Origin: an uncultured Thermoleophilia bacterium
GTDB taxonomy: Bacteria; Actinomycetota; Thermoleophilia; UBA2241
Direction: 5' to 3'
DNA: 64,000 nt
NCBI GenBank assembly: GCA_963739595.1
Contig: CAVUBA010000007.1
Location: 39,899 to 103,898, forward strand
The translations under genes were made by a program, and so were the position numbers. Each line of letters starts with the position of its first letter. Within the stretch, counting starts at the first letter, position 1. This document shows positions 21,235 through 30,844 of the stretch, piece after piece. A model generated the notes under the pieces. That model saw nothing but the letters and a program-made list of their open reading frames with translations, was not told the origin of the DNA and searched no databases.

Positions 21235-22524
21235 CTACTTCGCCCTCCCCTTCTCCTTCTCGCGGGCCTTGTCGCGCGCCATGCGCGTCTCGAGCTTGGC
21301 CTGCCAGAAGCTGAAGAAGATCGTCAGGGCCCAGTAGAACGCGGCCGCGACGATCAGTGTGGACATGAAGCTGAAGGTCGCGGCGCCGGCGAGCTGGGAG
21401 CGGCGCAGCAACTCCTCGACGGTGATGACCGACACCAGCGAGGTGTCCTTGATCAGGGCGATGAAGTCGTTGCCCACCGCGGGGATGACGATCTTGAGCG
21501 CCTGCGGCAAGATGATGCGCCGCTGCGTCTGCCAGCCGCTGAGGCCGATGGCCCAGGCCGCTTCGTTCTGGCCCTTGGGCACCGCCTGGATGCCGGCGCG
21601 GAACACTTCGGTGAGGTAGGCGCCGTAGTTGAGCGACAGCGCCGCGACGCCGGACCAGAACGCCGGCGGGTTGAGCGTGTTCGGCAGGCCGAAGGCCCTG
21701 ATGATCTCCGGGGTCACCTGGTAGATGAAGATGATCTGCAGCAGAAGCGGCGTCCCTCGGAAGAGAGACGTGTAGAACGTCGCGACCCAGTACGGGATGC
21801 GACCGATGACCATGCGCCACATGTAGCCCCAGCTCTGGTACCGGTCCCACGCCTGCTTGAAGGTCATCTTCTTGGAGAGCCGGCCCAGCGAGCCGAACAG
21901 GGCAAGGATGCTGGCGAAGAGGATCGAGATGACGGTGAGCTCGACGGTGACGATGGCGCCCCTGGCGATGTACTTCCACCAGTTCTTGATCACGCTCCAC
22001 TTGACCAACTGGCCGCCGGCCTGACCCTGGGAGTCGTACTTCCAGGTCTTCTCGACGGAGACGCCCTTGGTCGTGACCATCACGACCTTGAAGTCGTACT
22101 TGCCCGCGGCGTAGGTGTTCGACAGCGAGAAGTGCAGCGTCGGCGTCGCCGGCGAGAGGTACTGGACGACGGCTGGGCCGGCCAGCTTCTGGAGAGCGCC
22201 GTTGATGAACACCTGGCACTTGGCGACGTCGATCCCGGCGTTCGGCAAGGGCTTGCCGTTGGGACCGATGTCCGAGCCGTTCGGCGCGAAGTTGACCTCG
22301 ACGACGTCGCCGTTCCACAGCTTGCCGTTACCGGAGGTGATCACAGCGTTCGGATCGGGGATCACGCCGACGGGGATGGGCGTGCCCTCGGGCGCCGTCG
22401 CGGCGGCGGCCGACGGCGACGCCGCAGGCGAGGCCGCCGACGCGACAGGCGTCAGCGCGGTCACCACCAGGACGAGCAGCGCCGCCATCAGCGCGATGCC
22501 CATAAGCCTTGACCGTGTTCGCAT
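21235..22524 (-). CDS. Polar amino-acid ABC permease with extra N-terminal exported domain
   Basis: [42 protein letters not shown], preceded by a signal peptide and a ~150-aa soluble domain. Confidence 0.88.
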   Translation of the reverse strand: MRTRSRLMGIALMAALLVLVVTALTPVASAASPAASPSAAAATAPEGTPIPVGVIPDPNAVITSGNGKLWNGDVVEVNFAPNGSDIGPNGKPLPNAGIDVAKCQVFINGALQKLAGPAVVQYLSPATPTLHFSLSNTYAAGKYDFKVVMVTTKGVSVEKTWKYDSQGQAGGQLVKWSVIKNWWKYIARGAIVTVELTVISILFASILALFGSLGRLSKKMTFKQAWDRYQSWGYMWRMVIGRIPYWVATFYTSLFRGTPLLLQIIFIYQVTPEIIRAFGLPNTLNPPAFWSGVAALSLNYGAYLTEVFRAGIQAVPKGQNEAAWAIGLSGWQTQRRIILPQALKIVIPAVGNDFIALIKDTSLVSVITVEELLRRSQLAGAATFSFMSTLIVAAAFYWALTIFFSFWQAKLETRMARDKAREKEKGRAK

Positions 22525-22644
22525 GAGGGAGAACCTTCCTGTCATAAAGGCCGCGGCGAGAGGCCTGCCCTGCAAGCCCCTCGCCGCGGTCCGCTCATGA
22601 GACGCGAGTGATCGCGTCATCCTGACGACGCGTGGAGCAGATCG

Positions 22645-23538
22645 CTACTGCTTCACCGTCAGGTCCATGCCGTTGTACCACTGCTTGCTCATCGCGGTGA
22701 GCGAGCCGTCAGAATGCATCGTCTGGACGGTGTAGTTGAGCATGGCCAGCCAGTCGGCCTCGCCCAGCTTGAGGGCCATGGCGAGGTCCTCGTAGTAGAG
22801 CGGCTTGCCCGAGAACTCGAACGGCTGACCCGAGAGGATCGCCTGCTGGCCCGTCGGGCCGGCGGTCATCACGAAGTCGAGGTTGCCGTTGGCGAGATCC
22901 GGGAAGGCGTCGGCGTCGGTGGTGTAGGTCTTGACGATCGCCTTGGTGTTCTTCTTGAGGTAGTCGTAGTAGGTCGTCGCGGCGCCCACGCCGACCTTCT
23001 TGCCGGCGAGATCGGCGAGGCCGGTGATCTGCGGGCCGCCCTTCTTCACGAAGATCTGGCCCGAGGTGTAGTAGTACGGATCGGTGAAGGCGAGGACCTT
23101 CTGGCGCTCAGGCGTGATGGTCATCGAACCGATCGAGACGTCGTACTTGCCCTGCTGCAGGCCGGCCGGGATGGTCTCCCACGCGGGGTTCTTGAAGTCG
23201 ACTGTGAGGCCGAGGAGCTGGCCCATCTTGTTGGCGACGTCGACGTCGAAGCCGACGAGCTTGCCGGTGGCCTGGTCGACCGAGCTCTGCGGCGGGTAGT
23301 TGGCGTCGTTGGCGACGATGACCGAGCCGCGGTTGACGATCGTCTGCGGCGAGGCCCGTCGGCGCGTGGCCGAGGATCTTCGTCGCGATGTCCATCGGCG
23401 CTGGTGGCCGCGGCACTCGCGCTCGCAGCTGGAGCTCGAGCCGCTACTGCTGCTCCCGCACGCGGCGACGATGCCCGCGAGCGCGATGATCGCGATCAGG
23501 AGCACAGCTGCCAGAATGTAGGTCTTGCCCTTTCTCAT
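22645..23538 (-). CDS. Polar amino-acid ABC substrate-binding lipoprotein; compensating frameshifts near the N-terminus
   Basis: Lipobox IVAAC, NYPP, GFDVDVA, MTITPERQK..FTDPYY, SKQWY. Confidence 0.9.
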   Translation of the reverse strand: MRKGKTYILAAVLLIAIIALAGIVAACGSSSSGSSSSCERECRGHQRRWTSRRRSSATRRRASPQTIVNRGSVIVANDANYPPQSSVDQATGKLVGFDVDVANKMGQLLGLTVDFKNPAWETIPAGLQQGKYDVSIGSMTITPERQKVLAFTDPYYYTSGQIFVKKGGPQITGLADLAGKKVGVGAATTYYDYLKKNTKAIVKTYTTDADAFPDLANGNLDFVMTAGPTGQQAILSGQPFEFSGKPLYYEDLAMALKLGEADWLAMLNYTVQTMHSDGSLTAMSKQWYNGMDLTVKQ

Positions 23539-23670
23539 GCCTCCGTCCTTTCCGGCTGACTTTTCCCGACGGCCGCGATACCCACGGGCGTGGACTTCTA
23601 CGGATGGCGGCCCCCACCGCCTGTCAGGACGATCAGCGTCGCACTCCCCCGGCGCGACGTGTTGAGTTGG

Positions 23671-23699
23671 ATTTATACAGCACCGCCCCCAAAAGACAA
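23671..23699 (-). promoter_or_regulatory. Sigma70-like promoter for the amino-acid ABC operon
   Basis: Minus strand reads TTGTCT-16 nt-TATAAA, with TG before the -10, in an AT-enriched intergenic patch. Confidence 0.55.
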
Positions 23700-23779
23700 C
23701 CCTCCCGGAGGCTGGCGACGTAGGGTCTCGACCCGAGTCTGTGAGTATCTGCGCGCGCTCGCGTCGCAGGAGCGGCGGC

Positions 23780-25161
23780 TCAGTCGATCTGGGCCAGCCG
23801 CCTCAGCTCGGCGTCCACGCGCCGGATCGAGGGCGGGCGGGCGGTGCGAGGCGACCGCGGCGGCGATGCGCTCGTGGGCACGGTCGATCGCCGTCTCGCG
23901 CCCTCCGGCAGTCCAGTGACGGTGCGCCTTGTCGACGGCCAGGGAGGGGCCGGCGGCGGGCGAAGCCTGCCCGCCGGCCGAACCGCCGGCAGAAGTCAGG
24001 TCCACGCCTGCAGCGATACTGCGCGCATGTGAGAGCGCCTCGACCCCGAGCGCCATCTCCTCGTAGCTGAAGATCCGGCCGCCGGAGACCATGCCCACCC
24101 CGGTGAGCATGTCGACGCCGGCGGCGAGCGACAGGTACGTGGTGGTCGTGTCGTCCAGCGCCGACTGCCAGCTCGGCTCCTTGGCGCCGCTCGAGTTGAC
24201 GCCGCACTGCGTCGGGAGGCCGTAGAAGTGGCCGACGTCGCCGACGGCCGCGGCCATGATCGTGTCCTCGGGAGCCCCGCCGGTGAAGTCGCCGCTCTTG
24301 AGGTCCATGACGCTCGGGATGAAGCAGATGAAGACCGGCGCGCCCGGGAAGGCGGCCTGGATGGCGCACACCGAGCTCAGCGCCTCGGCGATGCCGATGA
24401 CGAGCGAGCCGGCCATCGTGATCGGCGTGGTGGAGCCGCCCATCGGCATGGTCACGAAGCCGATCGGGATGCCCGGCCTCGGCGAAGACCAGGCCGGCCT
24501 CCAGCGTCCCCTCGTCGTTGCCCAGAGGCGTGACCGTGCCGAGCAGCGCGCTGATCGGCGGCTCGGCACGGAGCTTCTCCTCCGAGCCGCTCACCGCGAG
24601 CGCCATCTGCACGGCGACCTCGGCGAGGTCCGGCTCGACGACGGTCACCGTCTGCACGTGCTTGCCGGTGTTGGCGATCGCCAGGTAGAGCTCGTGCAGT
24701 CCCCGCACCGAGACCGGCCGGTCCTGCGCGCTCACGGCCGGCCAGCAGAAGTCGACCTCGGGCAGCGCGTCGACGACGCGGCTGATGGTCGCGACGTCGT
24801 CGGCCGTGGTGCCGCGCTTCTCGCCCGTCTCGAGGTCGTAGATCTCGACGCAGCAGCCATCGGTCGTGACCAGCGAGCGCTCGCCGGTGACGATCGGCGC
24901 GCCGGCACGGGCGCCCAGCGTCAGGTGCGCCGGCGCGAGGCCGACGAGCCGGCGGACGAGCTCCGCCGGCATGGTGACGCGCACGCCGTCTGCCGTCGCG
25001 CCCTGCGCGACGAGCGCCGCGCGTGCGCGCTCGGATGGAATCGCCACGCCGACCTCGGCGAGCACCTCGAGCGCCGCGGCGTCCAGTCGCTCCAGGTCCT
25101 CCCGCGAGAGGATGGCCAGGCGCCCGGCCGAGCCGATGGTGTGGGTGAGGGTCTCCGTCAT
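23780..25161 (-). CDS. MttB-superfamily corrinoid methyltransferase (non-Pyl); frameshifts near 24475 and 23820
   Basis: LSREDLERLDAAALEVLAEVGV, NTGKHVQ, GSTTPITMAGSLV, DLKSGDFTGGAPE, GAKEPSWQS; ends ..DAELRRLAQID*. Confidence 0.87.
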
Positions 25162-25296
25162 CGTCGCGCTCTCCACTTCGTCCGCTGGTGTCCACTTCTG
25201 ACGCACGGCGCGCGGCCGTCCGTCGGCCCGGATCGCCGCGGCGCGCCAGTCTAGCACGGTGTGGCACCCCTCCTCTGCCGCGAGTACCATCCGTAA

Positions 25297-26049
25297 ATGG
25301 ACCAGACTGACCCCACGGTCGAGAAGCCGACGACCGGTCGCAAGCACGGCGGGAGGTCTCGCTGGCTGCGGCTCGCCGGCGACCTGCTCCTCATCGCCGG
25401 CGGGCTCGTGCTCGCCTACCCCTTCTGGTCGGCGGCGTACGCCCAGGTCCAGCAGTCGCGCCTCGACTCGGCGTACCGCCAGCAGAGCGCGGCGTTCGCG
25501 GCCGCCGTGGTCAGCGGCAACCTCGACACGCACAAACGCACCATCTCCGATGCGGAGATGGTGCGCCGCATGGCCGTGGTGTACGCCCGCGGCCTCAAGA
25601 CCGGAGACCCCATCGGCCGGCTGCGCATCCCGCGCATCAAGCTCGACCGGCTGGTCCAGCAGGGCGTGGGAGGCCGCAAGGGACTCGATCCCAATGGAGA
25701 CAGCTCGCTGCTTCGCAACGGGCCGGTCCACTACGCGCTGACGCCTCTGCCGGGGGCCGGCGAGCCGTTCGCCGTCGCCGGCCACCGCACCACCTACGGC
25801 GCCCCGTTCTACGAGCTGGACAAGCTGCGCGAGGGCGACCCCATCTACGTCGACACGCCGTATGCGAAGTTCCGGTACGCGGTGGCCAAAGAGACCACCG
25901 TCGACCCGACGGACATCAGCGTGCTGAACGACCGTGGCTACGGCCTGGTGCTCACGACCTGTACGCCGCCGTACAGCGCCGCGCACCGCCTGGTCGTGTG
26001 GGCGACGCTCGAGAAAGCGAAGCCGCTGCCGCGGGCCCGCGGCCACTGA
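25297..26049 (+). CDS. Sortase (class E/D-like)
   Basis: N-terminal TM helix, RLRIPRI, AGHRTTYGAPF (His), LTTCTP (Cys), HRLVV (Arg). Confidence 0.9.
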   Translation: MDQTDPTVEKPTTGRKHGGRSRWLRLAGDLLLIAGGLVLAYPFWSAAYAQVQQSRLDSAYRQQSAAFAAAVVSGNLDTHKRTISDAEMVRRMAVVYARGLKTGDPIGRLRIPRIKLDRLVQQGVGGRKGLDPNGDSSLLRNGPVHYALTPLPGAGEPFAVAGHRTTYGAPFYELDKLREGDPIYVDTPYAKFRYAVAKETTVDPTDISVLNDRGYGLVLTTCTPPYSAAHRLVVWATLEKAKPLPRARGH

Positions 26050-26096
26050 CGGTCGACCGGGCGAGGCCGACTGCCGCGGCCGCGCGGCATCCGCGC

Positions 26097-27337
26097 TCAG
26101 CCCGCCGTCGCGCCCCCGGGAACGGCGGGCGCTCGGACGACGTGCCCCCGAGCAGCATGACCAGCAGTTCCGTCCCGATCTCGCCGCCGGGGTACTCGGG
26201 CGGGACGAAGAACAGCCCCTCGGCGCCGGCCATCGAGCTCAGGATCCCTGAACCCTGCGGGCCGGTGGTGGTGAAGCGGATCGCGCCGCCATCGTGGGTG
26301 AGGCGGCAGCGGCGCGCCTCGGTGCGCCCCTTCGTGCGCCGCACCGGCTCCGCCGAATCGGCGTAGAACCAGGGGCGGTACACATCGGGCCGGCCCTGCA
26401 TGGCCAGGAGGGCCGGCCGCACGTACATCTCGAAGCTGACCATCGCCGCCACGGGGTTGCCGGGGACGCCGAAGACGAGCGTGTCGCCGCGCGTGCCGAA
26501 GGCCATCGGCTTGCCCGGCTTGGTGGCGATGCCCCAGAAGCGGCGCTCGACGCCAAGCTCGTCCTGCACCTGCTTGACGAAGTCGTAGTCGCCGACGGAG
26601 ACGCCGCCCGAGGTGATGACGACGTCGTTCTCGAGCGCTGCGGCGAGCAGCCGCCGGGTCTCGTCGGGGTCGTCGCGCGCGATCCCGAGCAGGATGGGGT
26701 CGCCGCCGGCCGCGAGCACCTGGCCGTAGGCGGTGTACGAGTTGGAGTTGCGGATCTGCCCCGGCGCGAGCGGCTGCCCGGCGGCCACCAGTTCGCTGCC
26801 GGTGGCGAGGACGGCGACGCGCGGCCGGCGGGCGACGCGGACGCGCTCGACGCCGACGGCCGCGAGCAGGCCCACCTCAGCGGCGCCGAGGTGGGCGCCG
26901 CGCTCGAAGAGGACGTCGCCGACGGTGACGTCCTCGCCGGCGCGGCGCACGTTCGCACCGGTCTCGGGGACCGTCTCGACGGTCATCGAGTCGCCATCAG
27001 CCGTCGTGTGCTCGACCTGCACCACGGTGTCTGTGCCGGCCGGCACCGGGGCGCCCGTCATGATGCGCGCCGCGTCTCCCGGCCCCACGGTCTCGGACAC
27101 GAAGCGGCCGGCGGGGATGTCGAACGTGATGCGGAACTCGCGGCGGCCGGCCTCGAGCTCCGCGCCGGAGACGGCAAAGCCGTCCATGGCGGAGTTGGCG
27201 AACGTCGGCACCTGCTCGGGCGAGATGATGCGCTCTGCCGCGGCGCGCCCGAGCGCCTGCAGCAGCGGGACCTCTTCTGCGGGCAGCGGGCGGACCGCCG
27301 CAAGCACCGAGTCGAGGGCTTCGTGGATGCTGATCAC
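26097..27337 (-). CDS. moeA: Molybdopterin molybdotransferase
   Basis: NSAMDGFA, IMTGAPVP, NVRRAGED, ATGSEL, SGGVSVGDYD, KPGKP, PGNPVA. The 3' end is probably shifted (ORF as given runs to 25952). Confidence 0.92.
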
Positions 27338-27438
27338 GTGTGTCTCCCAGGTGGAGTCATATCTGCTTACGCATCTTAGTAAACTCCGCGGCCTCCCGGC
27401 CCGATTCACTTCCTCGAGAGAGGACCGAGGAGGCTGAG

Positions 27439-27618
27439 GTGGCAAGAGATCAGCAGCAGAGCCGTGTTGATCGTGATCCCACCGGGTCGCGGGAACGCCG
27501 CGTCGACATCCTGAGGGACCTTGTCGCGGAGCGCGGCTACGACGTGCCGGCGGAGGACGTCGCCGCGAGCATCATCCGCGACGCGATCGTGATCGCGTCG
27601 CCCGTGCCGCAGCACTGA
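27439..27618 (+). CDS. Small FlgM-like anti-sigma factor domain protein
   Basis: GTG after GGAGG; RVDILRDLVAERGYDVPAEDVAASII resembles the FlgM C-terminal sigma-binding motif. Confidence 0.55.
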   Translation: MARDQQQSRVDRDPTGSRERRVDILRDLVAERGYDVPAEDVAASIIRDAIVIASPVPQH

Positions 27619-27968
27619 AGACCGCGAGTCCGGCCGCGGCGCCGGCGACGTCGACGAGGAAGTCGGCGAGTTGCATGTCGCGGTAGGGCAGCGGTCCCTG
27701 TATGAGTTCGATCGCCCCCCCGAGCACAGCCGCGAGCGCCAGGCCCAGGGCCAACTGCCGCAGATCGACCCTCCACCCGCCGAGCGCGACGCCGAGCAAG
27801 AACCCCAGCAGCGCGTACGCGACGAAGTGCCCGACCGTGGTCGTGACCGTGTCGTGCCCCGCCGGAGACGGCCTTCACCGCGCCCGCGGTCGGGAGCATC
27901 CCGCTGATGAAGATGATGACGGCCCACCCTGCGGCGGCCCAGCGCCAGAACGCCGAGGTGGCCCTCAC
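27572..27968 (-). CDS. VanZ-family membrane protein; frameshift near 27860
   Basis: WAVIIFISG.., GHFVAYALLG, IELIQGPLPYR..DFLVD. Confidence 0.75.
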
Positions 27969-28676
27969 TCCTCATGCCCCGCGGCGAGCGGCGCGAACGA
28001 CTCGTCGCCGCGGTCGACCAGCAGGACGACCGTCCCCTCGTGAAGGACGATGCGGGCGTCGCCCGCGGCCGCGACATGGTTGCCGAGTCCCAGGCAGGCG
28101 TCGGCCGGGAGCGTCCCGCGTTCGAGCGGGTACTCAAGGCCGGTGAGCGTCACCGTCGCGGCCTCGCCGACGGCTGAGAGCGAGACGCGCGCGCCGGCCG
28201 GCGCGCCGAGCGCCACGGCGGCCGGCGCGATGAGCACCGTGACGGCGAGGTCGGGCGCCACGAGGCGCGCGGCGATGCCGCGGGACGCCAGGCGCCGGAG
28301 GATCGCCAGATGCCCGAGCGTGTGGTCGAGCGCGCCGGTCGCGCCGGCGAGCAGGACTTCGCCGGCCCCCCGGCGCAGCGCCTCGTCGACGGCGAGCTCG
28401 CCGTCGGTGACGTCCTTGCGCACCGGGTGGCGCACGAACTCGACGCCGGCGGCTCGCAGGACCTCGGCGGTCGCCTCATCCAGTGAGTCGAAGTCGCCGA
28501 TCACCGCCGCCGGCGTCAGTCCGAGACCGGCGAGAAACCGGGCTCCGCCGTCGGCGGCCAGCAGGATGTCGGCCCGGGCGGCGAGGTCGCGGTGCCAGCC
28601 GGGGTCGCGGTACTCGCCGTCAAGAAAGACGACCGCCAGCGGATGAGCCCTCGTCTCGGGGCCCGGACTCCGTCAT
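27965..28676 (-). CDS. thiN: Thiamine pyrophosphokinase; N-terminal frameshift
   Basis: AADGGA, IGDFDS, KDVTDGELA, DHTLG, GLEYPL, GLGN. ATGA overlap with thiT. Confidence 0.88.
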
Positions 28677-29314
28677 CCGGCCACCCGGCGGTCGCCGGGG
28701 AACGCCACGTCGTAGGCGCGCAGCAGCGGCCAGAGACAGATGGCGGTGACGATGGCCGACGGCAGCAGGTAGAGCAGGTTGTAGGTGATCGAGTAGAGCC
28801 AGGGCGCCTCCCACCCGGGCGCGTACGCGGCGAAGAAGATCAGGCCGGACAGGAAGTGGAAGACGAGCCGCGCGCCGGCCCCGACGGTGACGGCGGCGAT
28901 GAGCCGCGGGAGGTTGTCGACATCCTCCATGCTCCCGACGGGGACGAGGCCCGCCAGACCGAGCGCGGCGAACGCGAGCGGGTAGTCGAGCAGCGCCTGC
29001 AGCGGGTGGTAGATGTACGGCGTGCCGGCGATGCCGGTCAGCTGCAGCAAGCCGAAGAGGCCGCCGGCGACGATGCCGGGGACCACACCGCGACGGATGG
29101 CGATGAACAGGATCGGCAGCATCTCGAGGCCGAAGGACCCGCCCTGCGGCATGCGCAGCGGGAAGGCCTGGGCGAGCCAGCTGAGGACGGCCGCCAGGGC
29201 GATCGCGACACCGATCTCGGCGATCGCCCGCACTCCCCAGTGCGCCGGATTGAGATTCAGGCGGTCGCGCACGTCGGGCGTCGCGCCCTCTGGGTGGACG
29301 AGTGGTGTGCTCAC
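28673..29314 (-). CDS. thiT: Energy-coupling-factor thiamine transporter S component
   Basis: MPQGGS, MLPILFIAIRRG, HPLQALLDYPLAF, HFLSGLIFF, YSITYN. Downstream of a TPP riboswitch. Confidence 0.9.
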   Translation of the reverse strand: MSTPLVHPEGATPDVRDRLNLNPAHWGVRAIAEIGVAIALAAVLSWLAQAFPLRMPQGGSFGLEMLPILFIAIRRGVVPGIVAGGLFGLLQLTGIAGTPYIYHPLQALLDYPLAFAALGLAGLVPVGSMEDVDNLPRLIAAVTVGAGARLVFHFLSGLIFFAAYAPGWEAPWLYSITYNLLYLLPSAIVTAICLWPLLRAYDVAFPGDRRVAG

Positions 29315-29325
29315 GATGACATCTC

Positions 29326-29447
29326 TCCCTTCGCTGGCATTACCCAGCAGCGCCTCAACGGCGCCGCCGCCCCGCAGGGCGGTCAGGTTCGACGCGTCGG
29401 CGCCAGGAAGCGCCATCTCAGCTCCTCACACGGGAGCTCCGCAGGGA
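29326..29447 (-). ncRNA. TPP riboswitch (with 35-nt insertion)
   Basis: Minus strand: UCCCU-GCGGAGC..GCUGAGA..GAACCUGA-[insert]-CUGGGUAAUGCCAGCGAAGGGA. The 3' P1 strand overlaps the thiT Shine-Dalgarno sequence. Confidence 0.88.
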
Positions 29448-29514
29448 CAGACACCAGTGTAGCGCAGCCCGACAGGAGGAACGGAGGGCCGACGGCGTTT
29501 CAATCCTCGGCCCG

Positions 29515-29860
29515 TCCGTTCACAGGCGCCTGTGGAGAATGTGGATAAGTAGCTTTTCTCATGCTCTCAGGCTCACAATCGCCGTGGAAAAGGCGTTCAC
29601 GAAGAAATGCTCCCTTGACACCGCCTTCACAAGATACTAACCCGCGGAAATGAGGTTTTTGCAGGTAAGTCGGTCCTCCACAGGTGTCTGCACTTTGGGG
29701 TTGACAGCGGCGACGCGAAGAGGTTCGGCGGGGTGCCGGGGGTGCCGGGCGGTCTAGGGGTCCTGAAACCGCGGTTTCCACAACGGCCGCAAATTGGGCA
29801 TCTTTCGGCGTCCTGCCCGGAGAACTTTCCACAATTCGTGAACAGGCTGTGGACAACTCC
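29515..29860. promoter_or_regulatory. Upstream DnaA-box cluster (part of a bipartite oriC)
   Basis: Perfect TGTGGATAA at 29540-29548; near-matches TGTGGAGAA 29531, TCCTCCACA 29674, GTTTCCACA 29774, CTTTCCACA 29825, TGTGGACAA 29848. Lower GC, non-coding. Confidence 0.8.
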
Positions 29861-29937
29861 CGGCTTTCACCTGCAAAACCACGTTTCGCGAGGCCCCATG
29901 GAGGGTTCCGGCATGCCCTGCTATACTCGGCGCCCCT

Positions 29938-30844
29938 ATGGACTCGTTCCTCGACAGGCTGCTCGCCGACGAGGGGGCCGCCGTCCGGCAGTCCGCATCG
30001 CGGACTGAGCCAGCGGCCGCCCCGCGATCACGAGGAGCGACAGACAGCCGCGCGCGAGCCTGACGGCGGCGCCCCGGACGCCACGGTGACTCCTGCCGCG
30101 GGCCCGGCTCCCGACGGCCCGCTCCCCGATGTCCCCCTGGGTCTCGAGGCCCCGCGCATCGCCATCTACGACACCCTCACCAGCCCGCCGCGGGTGATCG
30201 CGGTCGAAGAGGGGGACCTGCCGGCCCTCATCGCCTCGCTCGCCGAGAAGACCTACCACTACTGTCGCGAGCAAGGCGGCCAGGTGCCCTATTCGGTCAT
30301 CCAGGAGTTGATCGAGAACCTCCTGCACGCCTACTTCCGCGACGTGGTCATCACCATCCTCGACAACGGCCAGACCATCCGGATCTCCGACCACGGCCCG
30401 GGCGTCGACGACAAGGACCGCGCGTTCCAGCCGGGCTTCACCACCGCGACGGCGTACCAGCGACAGATCATCCGCGGCGTCGGCTCCGGCCTGCCTCTCG
30501 CGCGCGAGTCGCTCCAGTTCCTGCGCGGCATCCTGACGGTGGAGGACAACCTCGGCGGCGGCGCCGTGTTCACCATCAAGATGCCGTCCGCGGCGGAGGC
30601 TCCGGCAGCCGCGGCCGGCGCGCCGGAGATCAAGCTCACCACCCGCCAGACCAAGGTCCTGGTGCTGCTGATGGAACTCGGTTCGGCCGGTCCGACGGCC
30701 ATCGCCAAGGAGCTCGGATTCTCGCCGGCGACGGTGTTCCGGGAACTCGTTGTACTGCAAGACATGGGGTTGATACACTCGCTGGGGGACGGCAAGCGAG
30801 CCTTGCGCGAGGAAGGCCTCCGCCTCCTCGAGAGCATCCTCTGA
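29938..30844 (+). CDS. HATPase_c (GHKL ATP-binding) + C-terminal winged-HTH protein upstream of dnaA; start uncertain
   Basis: ELIENLLHA (N box), ISDHGPG (G1), GVGSGLP (G2), C-terminal LTTRQ..IAKELGFSPATVFREL. Extended -10 TGCTATACT at 29919-29927 precedes ATG 29938, which needs an indel to join the main frame. Confidence 0.8.

Noticed and set aside
30842-30844. TGA before dnaA as selenocysteine
   Set aside because: No redox motif or cysteine-equivalent position, and no convincing SECIS-like hairpin; the upstream HTH domain ends naturally there.
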